NCBI GenBank assembly: GCA_045864775.1
Contig: BTVR01000002.1
Location: 867,055-931,054 of the forward strand
Source: Pseudomonadota bacterium
GTDB lineage: Bacteria; Pseudomonadota; Gammaproteobacteria; UBA5335
Direction: 5' to 3'
DNA: 64,000 bases
Made by a program: the position numbers and the translations under genes. The notes beneath the pieces were generated by a model. It was not told where the DNA came from and searched no databases. It was given only the letters and a program-made list of their open reading frames with translations. Every line of letters starts with the position of its first letter. Within the stretch, counting starts at the first letter, position 1. Below are positions 43,419 to 53,963 of this stretch, one piece after another.

Positions 43419-43604
43419 TCAGCGAGCAGCGCGCACGATCAGCCAGCCACCGACCAGGCTGGCAAGCCCCAGCAGCCGCACGACCGAGGCCGGCAGGGCG
43501 CCGAGCTGAGCCAAGCCGCGCTGCCAGACCCGGGGGGCCGCCGCCGGCAACGCCCCCTCCAGCACCATCACCAGCCCGATCGCAAGCAACAGGTCATCCG
43601 GCAT
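43419..43604 (-). CDS. DUF2065-family small membrane protein (YjeT-like)
   Basis: A 61-aa two-TM protein (LLLAIGLVMVLEGALP...) in the conserved slot after hflC. Confidence 0.75.
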   Translation of the reverse strand: MPDDLLLAIGLVMVLEGALPAAAPRVWQRGLAQLGALPASVVRLLGLASLVGGWLIVRAAR

Positions 43605-43609
43605 GCCGA

Positions 43610-44500
43610 TCAGCGCGCCGGCGGCTGAGCGGCGCCCCGCGGCAGCGCTCTGAAGTAGTCGAAAAACTCGCTATCGGTCGACAGAACCATGGTCGTGTCC
43701 CCGCTGCCAAGGGCTTCACGATAGGCTTGCAGGCTGCGGTAGAAGGCGTAGAACTCGGGCGCAGTCTCATGGGCCTTGGCGAAAATCTCGGCGGCGAGCC
43801 GGTCGCCTTCGCCACGCACGCGCTCGGCGTCGCGGTAGGCCTCGGCCAGCATCACCTCGCGCTGACGATCGGCGTCGGCACGCACCCCTTCGGCGGCCTC
43901 CTCGCCCTCGGCGCGCAACTCACGCGCAGTCCGGGCGCGTTCGGCTTCCATACGGGCGAAGACCGAGCTGCTCACCTCGTTCGGCAGATCCATGCGCTTG
44001 ATGCGCACCTCCTTGACCTCCACGCCCAGCTCACTGCTCTGGCGCGACGCCAGACCCGTCATGGTTTCGGTAAGCGCAAAGCGGTCACCCGATACGGCTT
44101 CCTGCACCGTCCGCCGGCCGAATTCGCTGCGCAGTCCGTCTTTCACGATCTGCTCCAGCCGCTGCGCGGCGACGAATTCGTTGCCGCCGGTGGCACGGTA
44201 GTAGCGTGCCACGTCGTCGATGCGCCACTTGACGTAGAAGTCGACGATGAGGTTCTTCTTCTCCTGCGTCAGGAAACGCTCCGGCGCGATGTCCAGTGTC
44301 TGCAGCCGGCCGTCGAAGAGACGAACGCCGTCGAGCATCGGCATTTTCACGTGCAAGCCCGGGGGGACGTCGGTTTCGACCATCTCGCCCAGGCGCAGCA
44401 AGATCGCCCGGTCACGGACGTCCACGACATAAAAGGCGCTCGACGCCACCAGCGCGATCAGCAGCAAGGCCGCGCCGACGATCATGCCCGATCCTTTCAT
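43610..44500 (-). CDS. hflC: Protease modulator HflC
   Basis: SPFH/band-7 protein with an N-terminal TM segment. It overlaps the hflK stop. Confidence 0.93.
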   Translation of the reverse strand: MKGSGMIVGAALLLIALVASSAFYVVDVRDRAILLRLGEMVETDVPPGLHVKMPMLDGVRLFDGRLQTLDIAPERFLTQEKKNLIVDFYVKWRIDDVARYYRATGGNEFVAAQRLEQIVKDGLRSEFGRRTVQEAVSGDRFALTETMTGLASRQSSELGVEVKEVRIKRMDLPNEVSSSVFARMEAERARTARELRAEGEEAAEGVRADADRQREVMLAEAYRDAERVRGEGDRLAAEIFAKAHETAPEFYAFYRSLQAYREALGSGDTTMVLSTDSEFFDYFRALPRGAAQPPAR

Positions 44501-45618
44501 CGCAAGCCCCCCCGATCGTTGCGGTCCAGGCCCGTCTGCGGTTCCCGCAGCCGATGCCGCGCGGCTGGATCAGGCGGCGGCGCCCCGGGCGGAACGGCTT
44601 CGGAGGTCTTGGGCGCGGCGTCCTTCATCCATTTGTCGAGCGGCAGGTACATCACGTTGTTCCCCTTGCCACCATCGACCATGACCTTGGGGTTCGCGCG
44701 CAAGACCTGCTCCATGGTTTCGAGATAGAGCCGCCGCCGCGTCACGTCCGGAGCCTGACGATATTCACCGGCCAAACCCGTGAAACGATCGGCCTCGCCC
44801 TGAGCCTCGGCCACCCGCCGTTCACGATAGCCCTGCGCCTCCTCGAGTTGTCGCGCCACCGCGCCGCGCGCTGCCGGCACGATGGCATTGGAATAGGCAT
44901 AGGCTTCGTTGATGATGCGCTGCTTGTCCTCGCGCGCCTTGATGGCGTCCTCGAAGGCCGACTGGACCTGCTCGGGCGGCTGCGCATCCTGCAGATTGAC
45001 CGACGTCACGGCCAAGCCGGTGCCGTAGGTGTCCAGCGTCTTCTGCAGCAAAGCCTGAGTGCGGGCAGCCACCTCGCTGCGGCCCTCGCCCAGCACGAAA
45101 TCCATCGTGCTCGTGCCCACCACCTCGCGCACGGCGCTGATCGTCGCATCCCGCAACGTACCCTCGGGTTCGCGGACGTTGAACAGGAAGTGCTCGGCAT
45201 TGCCGACCCGATACTGCACCGCAACCTCCACGTTCACGATGTTTTCGTCACGGGTCAACATCAGGCCCTTGTGCGTGCTCGTGCGGATGCTGTCGACGTT
45301 GATCTTTTCCACCCGCTCCAGCGGATAGGGCAGGTGCCAGCGCGGCCCTTCCAGGGTGATGCGCTCGAACTGCCCGAATCGCAGAACCACGCCGCGCTCG
45401 GCGGGATCGATGATGTAGAAACCCGACAGCAGCCACAGCACGACGATCCCGGCCAGCACCAGCCCCAAGCCCGCCGGACTCCCGCCCTTGCCGGGGGAGC
45501 CCCAGTTCGGCAGTCTCTGGCGCAGTTTCTTGAAGAGGTCTTCGAGATCGGGAGGGCCGCCCGCATTTCGGTTCTGACCGCCCCAGGGATCCCGTCCACC
45601 GGGTTCGTTCCACGCCAT
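44497..45618 (-). CDS. hflK: Protease modulator HflK
   Basis: The start at 45618 gives MAWNEPGG..DPWGG. A TM segment and an SPFH domain follow. Confidence 0.93.
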   Translation of the reverse strand: MAWNEPGGRDPWGGQNRNAGGPPDLEDLFKKLRQRLPNWGSPGKGGSPAGLGLVLAGIVVLWLLSGFYIIDPAERGVVLRFGQFERITLEGPRWHLPYPLERVEKINVDSIRTSTHKGLMLTRDENIVNVEVAVQYRVGNAEHFLFNVREPEGTLRDATISAVREVVGTSTMDFVLGEGRSEVAARTQALLQKTLDTYGTGLAVTSVNLQDAQPPEQVQSAFEDAIKAREDKQRIINEAYAYSNAIVPAARGAVARQLEEAQGYRERRVAEAQGEADRFTGLAGEYRQAPDVTRRRLYLETMEQVLRANPKVMVDGGKGNNVMYLPLDKWMKDAAPKTSEAVPPGAPPPDPAARHRLREPQTGLDRNDRGGLR

Positions 45619-45683
45619 GAAAACCGTCTCCACCGTCGGTTGGGAATTGTCAGTGCAGCCGCTGCGCACGTGCCCGAGGCATT

Positions 45684-46970
45684 CTAGGGATGACCCGCGG
45701 CAGGGGCAACCAGATCGGGCTCGTCTGAACGACCGTGCGTCAAGGACGCCAGGCGGGCGGGCGGGCCGGCGACCTCCAGCCACCAGCCGGATTCGTCGGC
45801 CCGTTCGGCACGCACCGCGCCCGCCGCATGCAGACGGGCGCGCATCTGGCCTTCGTCGTGCGTCAGGTGCAGCCGCCGGGAGATGCTGCGCCCCTGGAAA
45901 TGGTGCCGAATCGCATCCCGCAGGGCATCGATGCCGGCTCCGGTATGCGCGGAAACCCGGGCCGCGACGGGTTTTCCACCATCGTCCCGCTGGACGTCTG
46001 CCGCCCACGCGGTCAAATCGATCTTGTTGAACACCTGCAGACGCGGAATGGCCGCTGCCCCGATCTGCTCGAGGACCGCATCGACGGCGGCGATCTGAAC
46101 ATCCGCTTCCTCATCCGCCGCATCGATCACGTGCAGCAGCAGGTCGGCCTGCCGGGTTTCCTCCAGCGTGGCCCGAAAGGCCGCTACCAGTTCGTGCGGG
46201 AGGTCACGCACGAAGCCCACGGTGTCGATCATGACGACGGCCATCGTGCCCAGGTCGAGTCGGCGCGCGGTGGGGTCCAGGGTTGCGAAGAGCTGGTCGG
46301 CCGCAAAGGCGGCGGCGCCGGTCAGCGCGTTGAACAGGGTCGACTTGCCGGCGTTGGTGTAGCCGACCAGCGCCACCGTCGGCACGGCGCTGCGCTGGCG
46401 CAAGGCCCGCCCCTGATCGCGCTGCTGACCCACCCGCGCCAGACGCCGCTCGAGCTGACCCATCCGCGCGCGCAGCATTCGCCGGTCGCTCTCGAGCTGG
46501 GTTTCGCCCGGCCCGCGCAGTCCGATGCCGCCCTTCTGGCGTTCCAGATGCGACCAGCCGCGCACGAGGCGCGTGGCAAGGTGGCGAAGCTGGGCCAGTT
46601 CGACCTGCAGCTTGCCCTCGAAGGACTGGGCGCGTTGGGCAAAGATATCGAGAATCAGGCCCGTGCGGTCCAGTACCCGGCTCTCGATCAAGGCCTCGAG
46701 GTTGCGCTCCTGGCTGGGTGACAAGGGATGGTTGACCAACACCAGCCCCGCCCCGGTCTGCTGAACCAGTGCGCGCACTTCCTGCGCCTTGCCGGCGCCG
46801 ATGAAATACTTTGGCTCCGGGATGGCGCGCCGTCCGGTCACGCGCCCGACGATTTCCGCGCCGGCGGAACAGGCCAGCTCCTCGAATTCGAGATGGGCAG
46901 CCGCATCGACGCCGCCGACGTCAAGACTGACGAGCACACAACGGGGATCGACGACGGGGCGCTCGAACAT
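45684..46970 (-). CDS. hflX: GTPase HflX
   Basis: The G1 motif GYTNAGKSTLFN and the G3 motif DTVGF are present, in the hfq-hflX-hflKC context. Confidence 0.95.
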   Translation of the reverse strand: MFERPVVDPRCVLVSLDVGGVDAAAHLEFEELACSAGAEIVGRVTGRRAIPEPKYFIGAGKAQEVRALVQQTGAGLVLVNHPLSPSQERNLEALIESRVLDRTGLILDIFAQRAQSFEGKLQVELAQLRHLATRLVRGWSHLERQKGGIGLRGPGETQLESDRRMLRARMGQLERRLARVGQQRDQGRALRQRSAVPTVALVGYTNAGKSTLFNALTGAAAFAADQLFATLDPTARRLDLGTMAVVMIDTVGFVRDLPHELVAAFRATLEETRQADLLLHVIDAADEEADVQIAAVDAVLEQIGAAAIPRLQVFNKIDLTAWAADVQRDDGGKPVAARVSAHTGAGIDALRDAIRHHFQGRSISRRLHLTHDEGQMRARLHAAGAVRAERADESGWWLEVAGPPARLASLTHGRSDEPDLVAPAAGHP

Positions 46971-47001
46971 CAGCGCCCCGCACTGAGCGGTTCAGTCAGA
47001 A

Positions 47002-47259
47002 TCAGAAATTCCCATCGCCGGCGGCGGACTCGGTCGATTCCGGATCGCTCAGCTTGACATTGCGCGAGGGGACGATCGTCGAGATGGCATGCTTGTACAC
47101 CATCTGGCTGACCGTGTTCTTGAGCAGGACCACGAACTGGTCGAAGGAATCGATGTGCCCTTGCAGCTTGATTCCGTTGACCAGATAGATGGACACAGGA
47201 ATGCGCTCTTTGCGCAGCGCATTGAGGAAAGGCTCCTGCAAAGACTGTCCTTTCGCCAT
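47002..47259 (-). CDS. hfq: RNA chaperone Hfq
   Basis: [64 protein letters not shown]. Confidence 0.98.
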   Translation of the reverse strand: MAKGQSLQEPFLNALRKERIPVSIYLVNGIKLQGHIDSFDQFVVLLKNTVSQMVYKHAISTIVPSRNVKLSDPESTESAAGDGNF

Positions 47260-47348
47260 GTTTTTACTCCAGCATTGTTCTTATGGCCGCTTGCCGGCGA
47301 CGCACCGGGCAGCGCGCGATCACGGGGTGAGACGCGCGTCCGCAACGT

Positions 47349-48311
47349 CTAGCCAAGAATAGCACGCCCGGCCAGACCACGCGTCGGCAATCCCAAGCCG
47401 GCCATGACCGCCGTCACACGATCCGGCCCGGCGGGATCCACGACTTCGACCGCCGGTAAGGGCCGAAGTGCCGTCAATTGACGCTTGGCAAACTGGCGCG
47501 TCGCCCGGAACGCGGCGTCGAACAACGACGCCCGCGTGATCCGGCCTTCCAGATGCATCCACGCTTCGCGGTAGCCGACGGCGCGCATCGCGGGAAACGT
47601 CTCGGACAGGTCGGTCCGGGCTCGCAGTCGCGCGACTTCATCAAGGAAGCCGGCGGCAAACATAACCTCGAGACGGGTGGCGATCCTCTGATGAAGCCAC
47701 TCGCGATCGCTCGGCATCAAGGCCACGGCGCGCAAAGCGATGCCTTGTTGGCGCGCGCGCGCCCAATGCTCGCTGATCGGCATGCCGGTCAGTTCCCACA
47801 CCTCCAGGGCGCGCTGGATGCGCTGGGCGTCGTGGGGGTGGACCCGCAGACCGGAGGATGGATCGATGCGGGCCAACTCCGCGTGAAGCGCGGGCCAGCC
47901 GTCCCGGCCCGCGCGCGCCGTGAGGCGCTCGCGAGTCTCCGGATCCGCGGCGGGCAGCGGCGCCAGGCCATCGCGCAAGGCCCGGAAGTACAGCACCGTC
48001 CCGCCCACCAGCAGGGGAATGCGCCCGACCGCCTGAATGCGCTCGATCGCAGCCCGCGCATCGCGCACGAAGCGGCCCGCCGAATAGGCCTCGGCGGGGT
48101 CCACATGATCGAACAGATGATGCGGCAGCCGGGCGCGGGTTGCTGCATCCGGCTTGGCGGTGCCGATGTCCATGCCGCGATAGATCTGGGCCGAGTCCAT
48201 GTTGACGATGTCGATCGGCCAGCGTTCCGCCAAGGCGAGTGCCAGATCGGTCTTGCCGCTTGCGGTGGGACCCAGCAAAGCCAGCACGGGAGGGGGGCGT
48301 TCGGGATTCAT
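47349..48311 (-). CDS. miaA: tRNA dimethylallyltransferase MiaA
   Basis: The start at 48311 is used. The P-loop GPTASGKT and MDSAQIYRGMDIGTAKP are present. Confidence 0.95.
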   Translation of the reverse strand: MNPERPPPVLALLGPTASGKTDLALALAERWPIDIVNMDSAQIYRGMDIGTAKPDAATRARLPHHLFDHVDPAEAYSAGRFVRDARAAIERIQAVGRIPLLVGGTVLYFRALRDGLAPLPAADPETRERLTARAGRDGWPALHAELARIDPSSGLRVHPHDAQRIQRALEVWELTGMPISEHWARARQQGIALRAVALMPSDREWLHQRIATRLEVMFAAGFLDEVARLRARTDLSETFPAMRAVGYREAWMHLEGRITRASLFDAAFRATRQFAKRQLTALRPLPAVEVVDPAGPDRVTAVMAGLGLPTRGLAGRAILG

Positions 48312-48315
48312 GTCG

Positions 48316-50106
48316 TCAGCGCCCGCGCAGAAACAATCGGTCCAGCGCCGCCCGATCGAGCTGCACCCAGGTCGGGCGACCGTGATTGCATTGGCCGGCG
48401 CGTTCGGTGCGCTCCATGTCGCGCAACAGCGCATCGAGCTCCGGCACGGTGAGGGCGCGCCCGGCCCGGACCGCGCCGTGACAGGCCAGCGAGGCCAGCA
48501 GCGCATGATGCTGGTCTTGCGGCCGCGCGCTCGCCTCGTGGGTCATGAGGTCGGACAACAGATCGCGAAACAGGCCAGCCGGATCCCGCAGTGGCATCCC
48601 CGCCGGCAACGCCCGGAGCGTGACGACGGCAGGCCCCGTGCGATCGACTTCCAGTCCCCAGTCGGCCCAACGCGGCGCCCAGCGCTCCACCCAATCCGCC
48701 TGGGTCGCACTCAAGGCGATGTCCTCGGGGATCAGCAGCGACTGTCGCGGCACCGATCCCGCAGCGCTCGAGGACTTCAGCCGTTCATAGAGGATCCGCT
48801 CGTGCGCGGCGTGAATGTCCACCACCACCAGTCCGGCGGCGTTCTGGGCCAGCAGATAGATGCCGTGCAACTGCCCGAGCGCGTACCCCAAAGGGTGCAT
48901 CTCGTCGGTGGGGCGTTCTGCGCAAACTGAGCCGGCTGGAGTCCAGGCCGGGGGAGCCTCCGCGCCGGCTGCCGTGACCCCGCTTTCGCGGTCCGGTGGG
49001 CCATAAAGCGCCAAGGGCTCGGCAATCCGCAACGCCAAGTCCGCCTGTTGCTGCGGCGCCGCGATTTGCACCGGCAGATGGTCGATGCCGTGCGCCGCAT
49101 CGGACCCCGGACGCACGGCCGCCAGCGCTTCTTCCAGCGTGCGCGCAACGAAGTCGTGCACCTGCCGCGCATCACGCAACCGGATTTCGTGCTTGGCCGG
49201 ATGCACGTTGACATCGACGTCCTCGGGATCGAGCGTCAGATGCAGCACATAGGCGGGATGGCGCTGATGATGCAGCACATCGCGGTAGGCATGGCGCACC
49301 GCATGGGCCAGGTGCTTGTCGCGCACCCAACGGCCGTTGACGTAGAGATGCTGCACATCCCCCTGGGCACGGGAAAATGCCGGTGCGGCAATCCACCCCG
49401 TGAGCGCGCAGGACGTCCCCCGGTGACGCACATGCAGTGCGTGGTTCAGGAAGTCCTCGCCCAGCAGGATGGCCAGCCGCCTCTCCACACGCCCCTGCTC
49501 CCCGGCGGCGGGCAACTGCCACAGGTTGCGCCCGTTGTGCAGCAGGGTCAGTCCCGTTTCGGGCCGGGCCAGCGCCAGTTGCAGCACGGTGCGCGCCAGA
49601 TGATCGAATTCGGTGCGCTCGCTGCGCAGGAACTTGCGCCGCGCCGGGACGTTGTGGAACAGATCGCGCACGCTGATGCGCGTCCCCGGCGGATGCGGCG
49701 CGGGCGCCGGCTCGCCCGGACGGCCGCCCAAGCAATCCAAGCGCCAGGCGTGGGGGCTCTCTTGCGTGCGCGAGGTCAGGCTGAAGCGGGAAACCGCTGC
49801 GATGCTCGGCAAGGCCTCCCCGCGAAACCCGAGGGTCGTGATCCGTTCCAGATCCGCGAGGCTACCGATCTTGCTCGTGGCGTGCCGTTCCATTGCCAGC
49901 AGCAGATCCTCAGGGGCGATCCCCGCGCCATCGTCCGTAACCCGGATCAGTCCGATTCCGCCCTGCTCGACCTCGATGCGAACGTGGCGCGCGCCGGCAT
50001 CGAGGCTGTTCTCGATCAGCTCCTTCGCCACCGACGCGGGCCGCGCCACCACCTCCCCAGCCGCAATCTGGTTGATCAACGCATCGGGCAGGCGGGCGAT
50101 CGGCAT
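48316..50106 (-). CDS. mutL: DNA mismatch repair protein MutL
   Basis: The N-terminal GHKL ATPase begins IARLPDALINQIAAGEVVARPASVAKELIENSLDAG. A C-terminal dimerisation domain is present. Confidence 0.96.
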   Translation of the reverse strand: MPIARLPDALINQIAAGEVVARPASVAKELIENSLDAGARHVRIEVEQGGIGLIRVTDDGAGIAPEDLLLAMERHATSKIGSLADLERITTLGFRGEALPSIAAVSRFSLTSRTQESPHAWRLDCLGGRPGEPAPAPHPPGTRISVRDLFHNVPARRKFLRSERTEFDHLARTVLQLALARPETGLTLLHNGRNLWQLPAAGEQGRVERRLAILLGEDFLNHALHVRHRGTSCALTGWIAAPAFSRAQGDVQHLYVNGRWVRDKHLAHAVRHAYRDVLHHQRHPAYVLHLTLDPEDVDVNVHPAKHEIRLRDARQVHDFVARTLEEALAAVRPGSDAAHGIDHLPVQIAAPQQQADLALRIAEPLALYGPPDRESGVTAAGAEAPPAWTPAGSVCAERPTDEMHPLGYALGQLHGIYLLAQNAAGLVVVDIHAAHERILYERLKSSSAAGSVPRQSLLIPEDIALSATQADWVERWAPRWADWGLEVDRTGPAVVTLRALPAGMPLRDPAGLFRDLLSDLMTHEASARPQDQHHALLASLACHGAVRAGRALTVPELDALLRDMERTERAGQCNHGRPTWVQLDRAALDRLFLRGR

Positions 50107-50214
50107 GATGCCTGCAATTTTACCAGACCCGCCCCCGCGGGATGGACAGCGCGGAACCGCAGTGGGACCATTGGTCGGTCAACCCCCGCAGGGTGCCGCG
50201 CGGCCAGCCATCTC

Positions 50215-50754
50215 ATGAAATTCTGTCCCAGTTGCGCCCAACCGGTCGTCCGCAAGATCCCCGAAGGCGATCATCTGACCCGGTTCGTATGCGAGACCTG
50301 CAATCTCGTGCATTACGACAATCCACGCACGATCGTCGGCTGTATTCCGGCCTGGGAGGATCAGGTCCTGCTGTGCCGACGGGCGATTCATCCCCGGCGC
50401 GGTTACTGGACGCTGCCGGCGGGCTTTCTCGAGAATGGCGAGACCACCCGTCAGGGCGCCGTCCGGGAGACGCTGGAAGAGGCGAATGCCCGGGTCGAGA
50501 TCGACGCGCTCTATCGCCTGTTCGACCTTCCGCACATCCACCAGATCTATGTCTTCTTTCGCGGCCGCCTGCTGGATCTGGACTTTTCGCCCGGCATCGA
50601 ATCTCTTGAAACGCGCCTTTTCACGGAAGCCGACATTCCGTGGAATGAACTGGCCTTTCATACCGTGCGGCTCACCCTGCAGGACTACTTCGCCGATCGC
50701 CACCGCAACGATTACCCGCCGCTCGATCTCGACGTCCGGCCCGGCGCCCGTTGA
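50215..50754 (+). CDS. NUDIX hydrolase with an N-terminal zinc ribbon
   Basis: The CPSC...CETC ribbon is followed by the Nudix box [23 protein letters not shown]. Confidence 0.88.
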   Translation: MKFCPSCAQPVVRKIPEGDHLTRFVCETCNLVHYDNPRTIVGCIPAWEDQVLLCRRAIHPRRGYWTLPAGFLENGETTRQGAVRETLEEANARVEIDALYRLFDLPHIHQIYVFFRGRLLDLDFSPGIESLETRLFTEADIPWNELAFHTVRLTLQDYFADRHRNDYPPLDLDVRPGAR

Positions 50755-50842
50755 GCGCACTCGCCACCGGGGGCCCGAATCGCTAGAATTTCGCCCCCAG
50801 TGGTTTGCAATCTCCTGCCGGGCCACGCTGAGGGAGAGCTTC

Positions 50843-51166
50843 ATGACTTACGTCGTCACCGAAAACTGCATCAAGTGCAAGTACACCGACTGCGTGGAGG
50901 TCTGCCCCGTAGACTGCTTCCACGAAGGCCCCAACATGCTGGTGATCGACCCCGAGGAATGCATCGACTGCACCTTGTGCGAACCCGAATGCCCGGCCCA
51001 GGCCATCTTTTCCGAAGACGACCTCAGCAGTGATCAAGCGCCCTTCCTCGCGATCAACGCCGATCTGGCCAAGGCATGGCCAGTGCTGACGGAGAAGAAG
51101 GATCCGCCGGCCGATGCCACCGAATGGGACGGCAAGCCCGGCAAGCGCGATCTCCTCGAACGCTGA
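50843..51166 (+). CDS. fdxA: 7Fe ferredoxin (Azotobacter FdxA type)
   Basis: [26 protein letters not shown]...[12 protein letters not shown]. Confidence 0.95.
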   Translation: MTYVVTENCIKCKYTDCVEVCPVDCFHEGPNMLVIDPEECIDCTLCEPECPAQAIFSEDDLSSDQAPFLAINADLAKAWPVLTEKKDPPADATEWDGKPGKRDLLER

Positions 51167-51171
51167 CCGCA

Positions 51172-52068
51172 TCAACCGCGCGGGTGATGCGCGGCGTGCA
51201 GCGCCTTCAGGCGCGCCTGGGCGACATGGGTATAGATCTGGGTGGTGGACAAATCGCTGTGACCCAGCAGCATCTGCACCATGCGCAGATCGGCGCCATG
51301 GTTGAGCAGATGGGTGGCGAAGGCATGGCGCAGGCCGTGCGGCGAGAAGGCCACCCGGATCCCTGCGGCCCGACCCAGCGCCCGCACCCGGTACCAGCAG
51401 GCCTGGCGGGTCAAGGGCGCGGCGCCCCGCCCTGGATACAGGGCGTCGGACCGCCGCCCGGCGAGTAGCACCGGGCGTGCCTCGGCCAGATAGCGTGCGA
51501 CCCAGTGCAAGGCCTCCTCGCCCATGGGGACGAGACGCTCCTTGCGCCCTTTTCCATAGACTCTTACCCAACCCATGCGCAGATCGATCTGGCCGAGTCC
51601 GAGCCCGACCAGTTCGGAAACGCGCAGTCCGGTGGCGTAAAGCAGCTCCAGCATGGCGCGATCACGCAAGCCGAGCGGCGTATCGGGCCTCGCGGCCTCG
51701 AGCAGGCGCTCGACGTCGGACTCGCCGAGCACCTGCGGCAGCCGCCGCGGCAGCCGGGGCGGCAGGAGATCCAGGGTGGGATCGACGCGGTGTTCGTGGC
51801 GCGCGAGATCGGCATAGAACTGCCGCCACGCGGACAGTTGTCGTGCCACGGAGCGGGCGCTGATCCCGCGCTGCATGCGCTCGGCGAGCAAGGACTGAAG
51901 CTCGACCGGCCCGGCCGCCGTCAGGTCCATCCCGCGCGCAGCCAGCCAGCGCGCCAAGCCCAGAACGTCGCGGCGGTAGGCCGCGCGCGTGTGCGGCGAG
52001 ATGCCCCGTTCGCCCCACAGGCGCACGAGGAATGCGTCGATACGGGCCGCATCCGAATCGATGCTCAT
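51172..52068 (-). CDS. xerD: Tyrosine recombinase XerD
   Basis: The start at 52068 is used. The N-terminal SAM-like domain contains NTxxAYRRDL-like HTRAAYRRDV. The catalytic region contains HGLRHAFATHLL..LGHSDLSTTQIYTH. Confidence 0.9.
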   Translation of the reverse strand: MSIDSDAARIDAFLVRLWGERGISPHTRAAYRRDVLGLARWLAARGMDLTAAGPVELQSLLAERMQRGISARSVARQLSAWRQFYADLARHEHRVDPTLDLLPPRLPRRLPQVLGESDVERLLEAARPDTPLGLRDRAMLELLYATGLRVSELVGLGLGQIDLRMGWVRVYGKGRKERLVPMGEEALHWVARYLAEARPVLLAGRRSDALYPGRGAAPLTRQACWYRVRALGRAAGIRVAFSPHGLRHAFATHLLNHGADLRMVQMLLGHSDLSTTQIYTHVAQARLKALHAAHHPRG

Positions 52069-53129
52069 GGTTGCGTGTCGGCCGCCGCATCTCCCGGCGC
52101 CGCCGCCTCGTCCATGCGCGCCAGCGAGAGCGCCAGCAAGCGGCCATAGTCCCCGCCGTCCGCGGGCGCCTGAACCTGTACCAGGCGCACCCGTACCGGC
52201 GCACCCCATACCTGGGTCAGACGCCTGAGCAGCGCTTGCTGCACGCGGGTCGCGGCCACGGCGCCATCCGCCTCGTCGGTATCGGGAAACAGCACGACGA
52301 AACGGTCCTCGTCCTGTCTTCCGGCGAGGTCGTAGCTGCGCAGGCCATAACGCAGAACTTCACCACAGGTCCGCAGGACCTGGCGACGCAGGTTGCTCCG
52401 GAGCGCCGGGTCGGGCTGATCGGGAAGCGCGATCTGGAACAGCGCCAGCACCAGCGGCCTGCCGCTGCGCGCATGCATGTTGAACAGCACGTCTGCCTGT
52501 TCGGCCAAGGCCCTGCGCGTGCGCACGCCCGTCGCGACATCCAGTGGGCTGTGGCGGTCCAGGCTGCGCCGCAGACGCTCGCTGCGCCAGATCAGCATGG
52601 CGCCGTACATCGCCAGCACGGCGTAAAGGAACAAGGTCATGAACGTCGCGGTCTCGGGCATGATACCCGCGGCCGACGCACGCAGCGTCATGATGGCTGG
52701 CAAAACCAGCAAGCTGCCGCCGAGCACCGACTCGAGCGCGAGCGGCCCGAAGCGCAGACCGTGCCCGAACAGCACCGTCAGCAGGATGAGCGCCGATGGG
52801 AGTGCCGGATTCGGGTCGTGCGCGACCATGAGTCCGAGCAACAGGTAATCGGCCCAGAACCCGGCGGCGACGCGCCAGATGGACAACGGCCTCAGGCGCG
52901 CCCAGAGCATCGAGACTGCGATCAGGCCAGCCTGAAGGCCGGCAAGGATCAGCACGCCGTCCAACCCCCACAGGATCGGGGCGACGGTCTCGATACTCAG
53001 GAAATACAGGACGAGCAAGGAAAGAAAGAAGTAGCGCACCCAGAACTGGCGACGCTGCGCTGCCCAGGACAGGTCCCGCGGCGACGCCGAAATTCCGCCG
53101 CCCCCCTTCGGTCCGCGATCGTTCCTCAC
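52065..53129 (-). CDS. Membrane protein with a degenerate GGDEF domain
   Basis: About 5-6 N-terminal TM segments are followed by a GGDEF-like fold (DVATGVRTRRAL...). The signature is replaced by AGRQDEDRFVVLF, and the upstream metal-binding D-x-D context is not evident. The stop overlaps the xerD start. Confidence 0.7.
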   Translation of the reverse strand: MRNDRGPKGGGGISASPRDLSWAAQRRQFWVRYFFLSLLVLYFLSIETVAPILWGLDGVLILAGLQAGLIAVSMLWARLRPLSIWRVAAGFWADYLLLGLMVAHDPNPALPSALILLTVLFGHGLRFGPLALESVLGGSLLVLPAIMTLRASAAGIMPETATFMTLFLYAVLAMYGAMLIWRSERLRRSLDRHSPLDVATGVRTRRALAEQADVLFNMHARSGRPLVLALFQIALPDQPDPALRSNLRRQVLRTCGEVLRYGLRSYDLAGRQDEDRFVVLFPDTDEADGAVAATRVQQALLRRLTQVWGAPVRVRLVQVQAPADGGDYGRLLALSLARMDEAAAPGDAAADTQP

Positions 53130-53201
53130 GGGCGCAGCCTTGACCTGAACGGCGAACGAGACGATAAGGGAGACCCGTTTTTCACCCGTCCTTGCTGCAC
53201 C

Positions 53202-53963
53202 ATGTCCATCGCTGTCCCATCGCGCACCGCCATCCTTTACTCATGGTGGTGCTGGTCGTGCTTCGTCGCCGTGGTCATCATATTTGCGCTGCCGATCCTG
53301 ATTCTACCGGGATTGCGGACGCGCCAGCGCATTGCGCGACGGGCCGTTCGCATTGCCTGGACGCTGTGCGGCCTGCGCCCCGCCATCACCGGCATCACGC
53401 ACTTGCCGGCCGGGCGCGCCATCGTCGTCGCGAACCACGCCAGCTATCTCGACGGCGTGCTGCTCATGGGCGCGTTGCCCGCGGGCCATGCCTTCGTGGT
53501 GAAACGGGAAATGAGCCGCGTCCCGCTCGCCGGGGCATTGCTGCGGCGACTCGGAACGGCGTTCGTGACCCGGAATGACACTGCTGCTGCAGCGCGAGAC
53601 GCGCGCGCGATTCTGCGACGGGCGCGCGACGGCGAGTCGTTCATCTTCTTTCCCGAAGGCACGATACCGCCCGGGGGCCATCTCGGCCCGTTCCGCTTGG
53701 GCGCGTTCCTGACAGCGGCCGAACTTGGCAATCCCGTCGTGCCGGTCACCCTGGTCGGCACAGCCGCCGTACTGCCCGATGATCGCCGCTGGATCATATC
53801 CCGTCAGCGCCTGGGCGTGATCATTCACGCGCCCGTGCACCTCACCGGTCGGCAAAGAGGCGATCTGGCGCGGCTGCGTGACGCCGCCCGCGATTGCATC
53901 GAGGCGGCGCTGAACGGCGTCGCCCCATGCGACGAAGCCCCTCATGATTCGCGCACGGCGTAG
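53202..53963 (+). CDS. Lysophospholipid / 1-acyl-sn-glycerol-3-phosphate acyltransferase family protein
   Basis: An N-terminal TM segment, the HX4D motif NHASYLD and the FPEGT motif are present. Confidence 0.85.
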   Translation: MSIAVPSRTAILYSWWCWSCFVAVVIIFALPILILPGLRTRQRIARRAVRIAWTLCGLRPAITGITHLPAGRAIVVANHASYLDGVLLMGALPAGHAFVVKREMSRVPLAGALLRRLGTAFVTRNDTAAAARDARAILRRARDGESFIFFPEGTIPPGGHLGPFRLGAFLTAAELGNPVVPVTLVGTAAVLPDDRRWIISRQRLGVIIHAPVHLTGRQRGDLARLRDAARDCIEAALNGVAPCDEAPHDSRTA

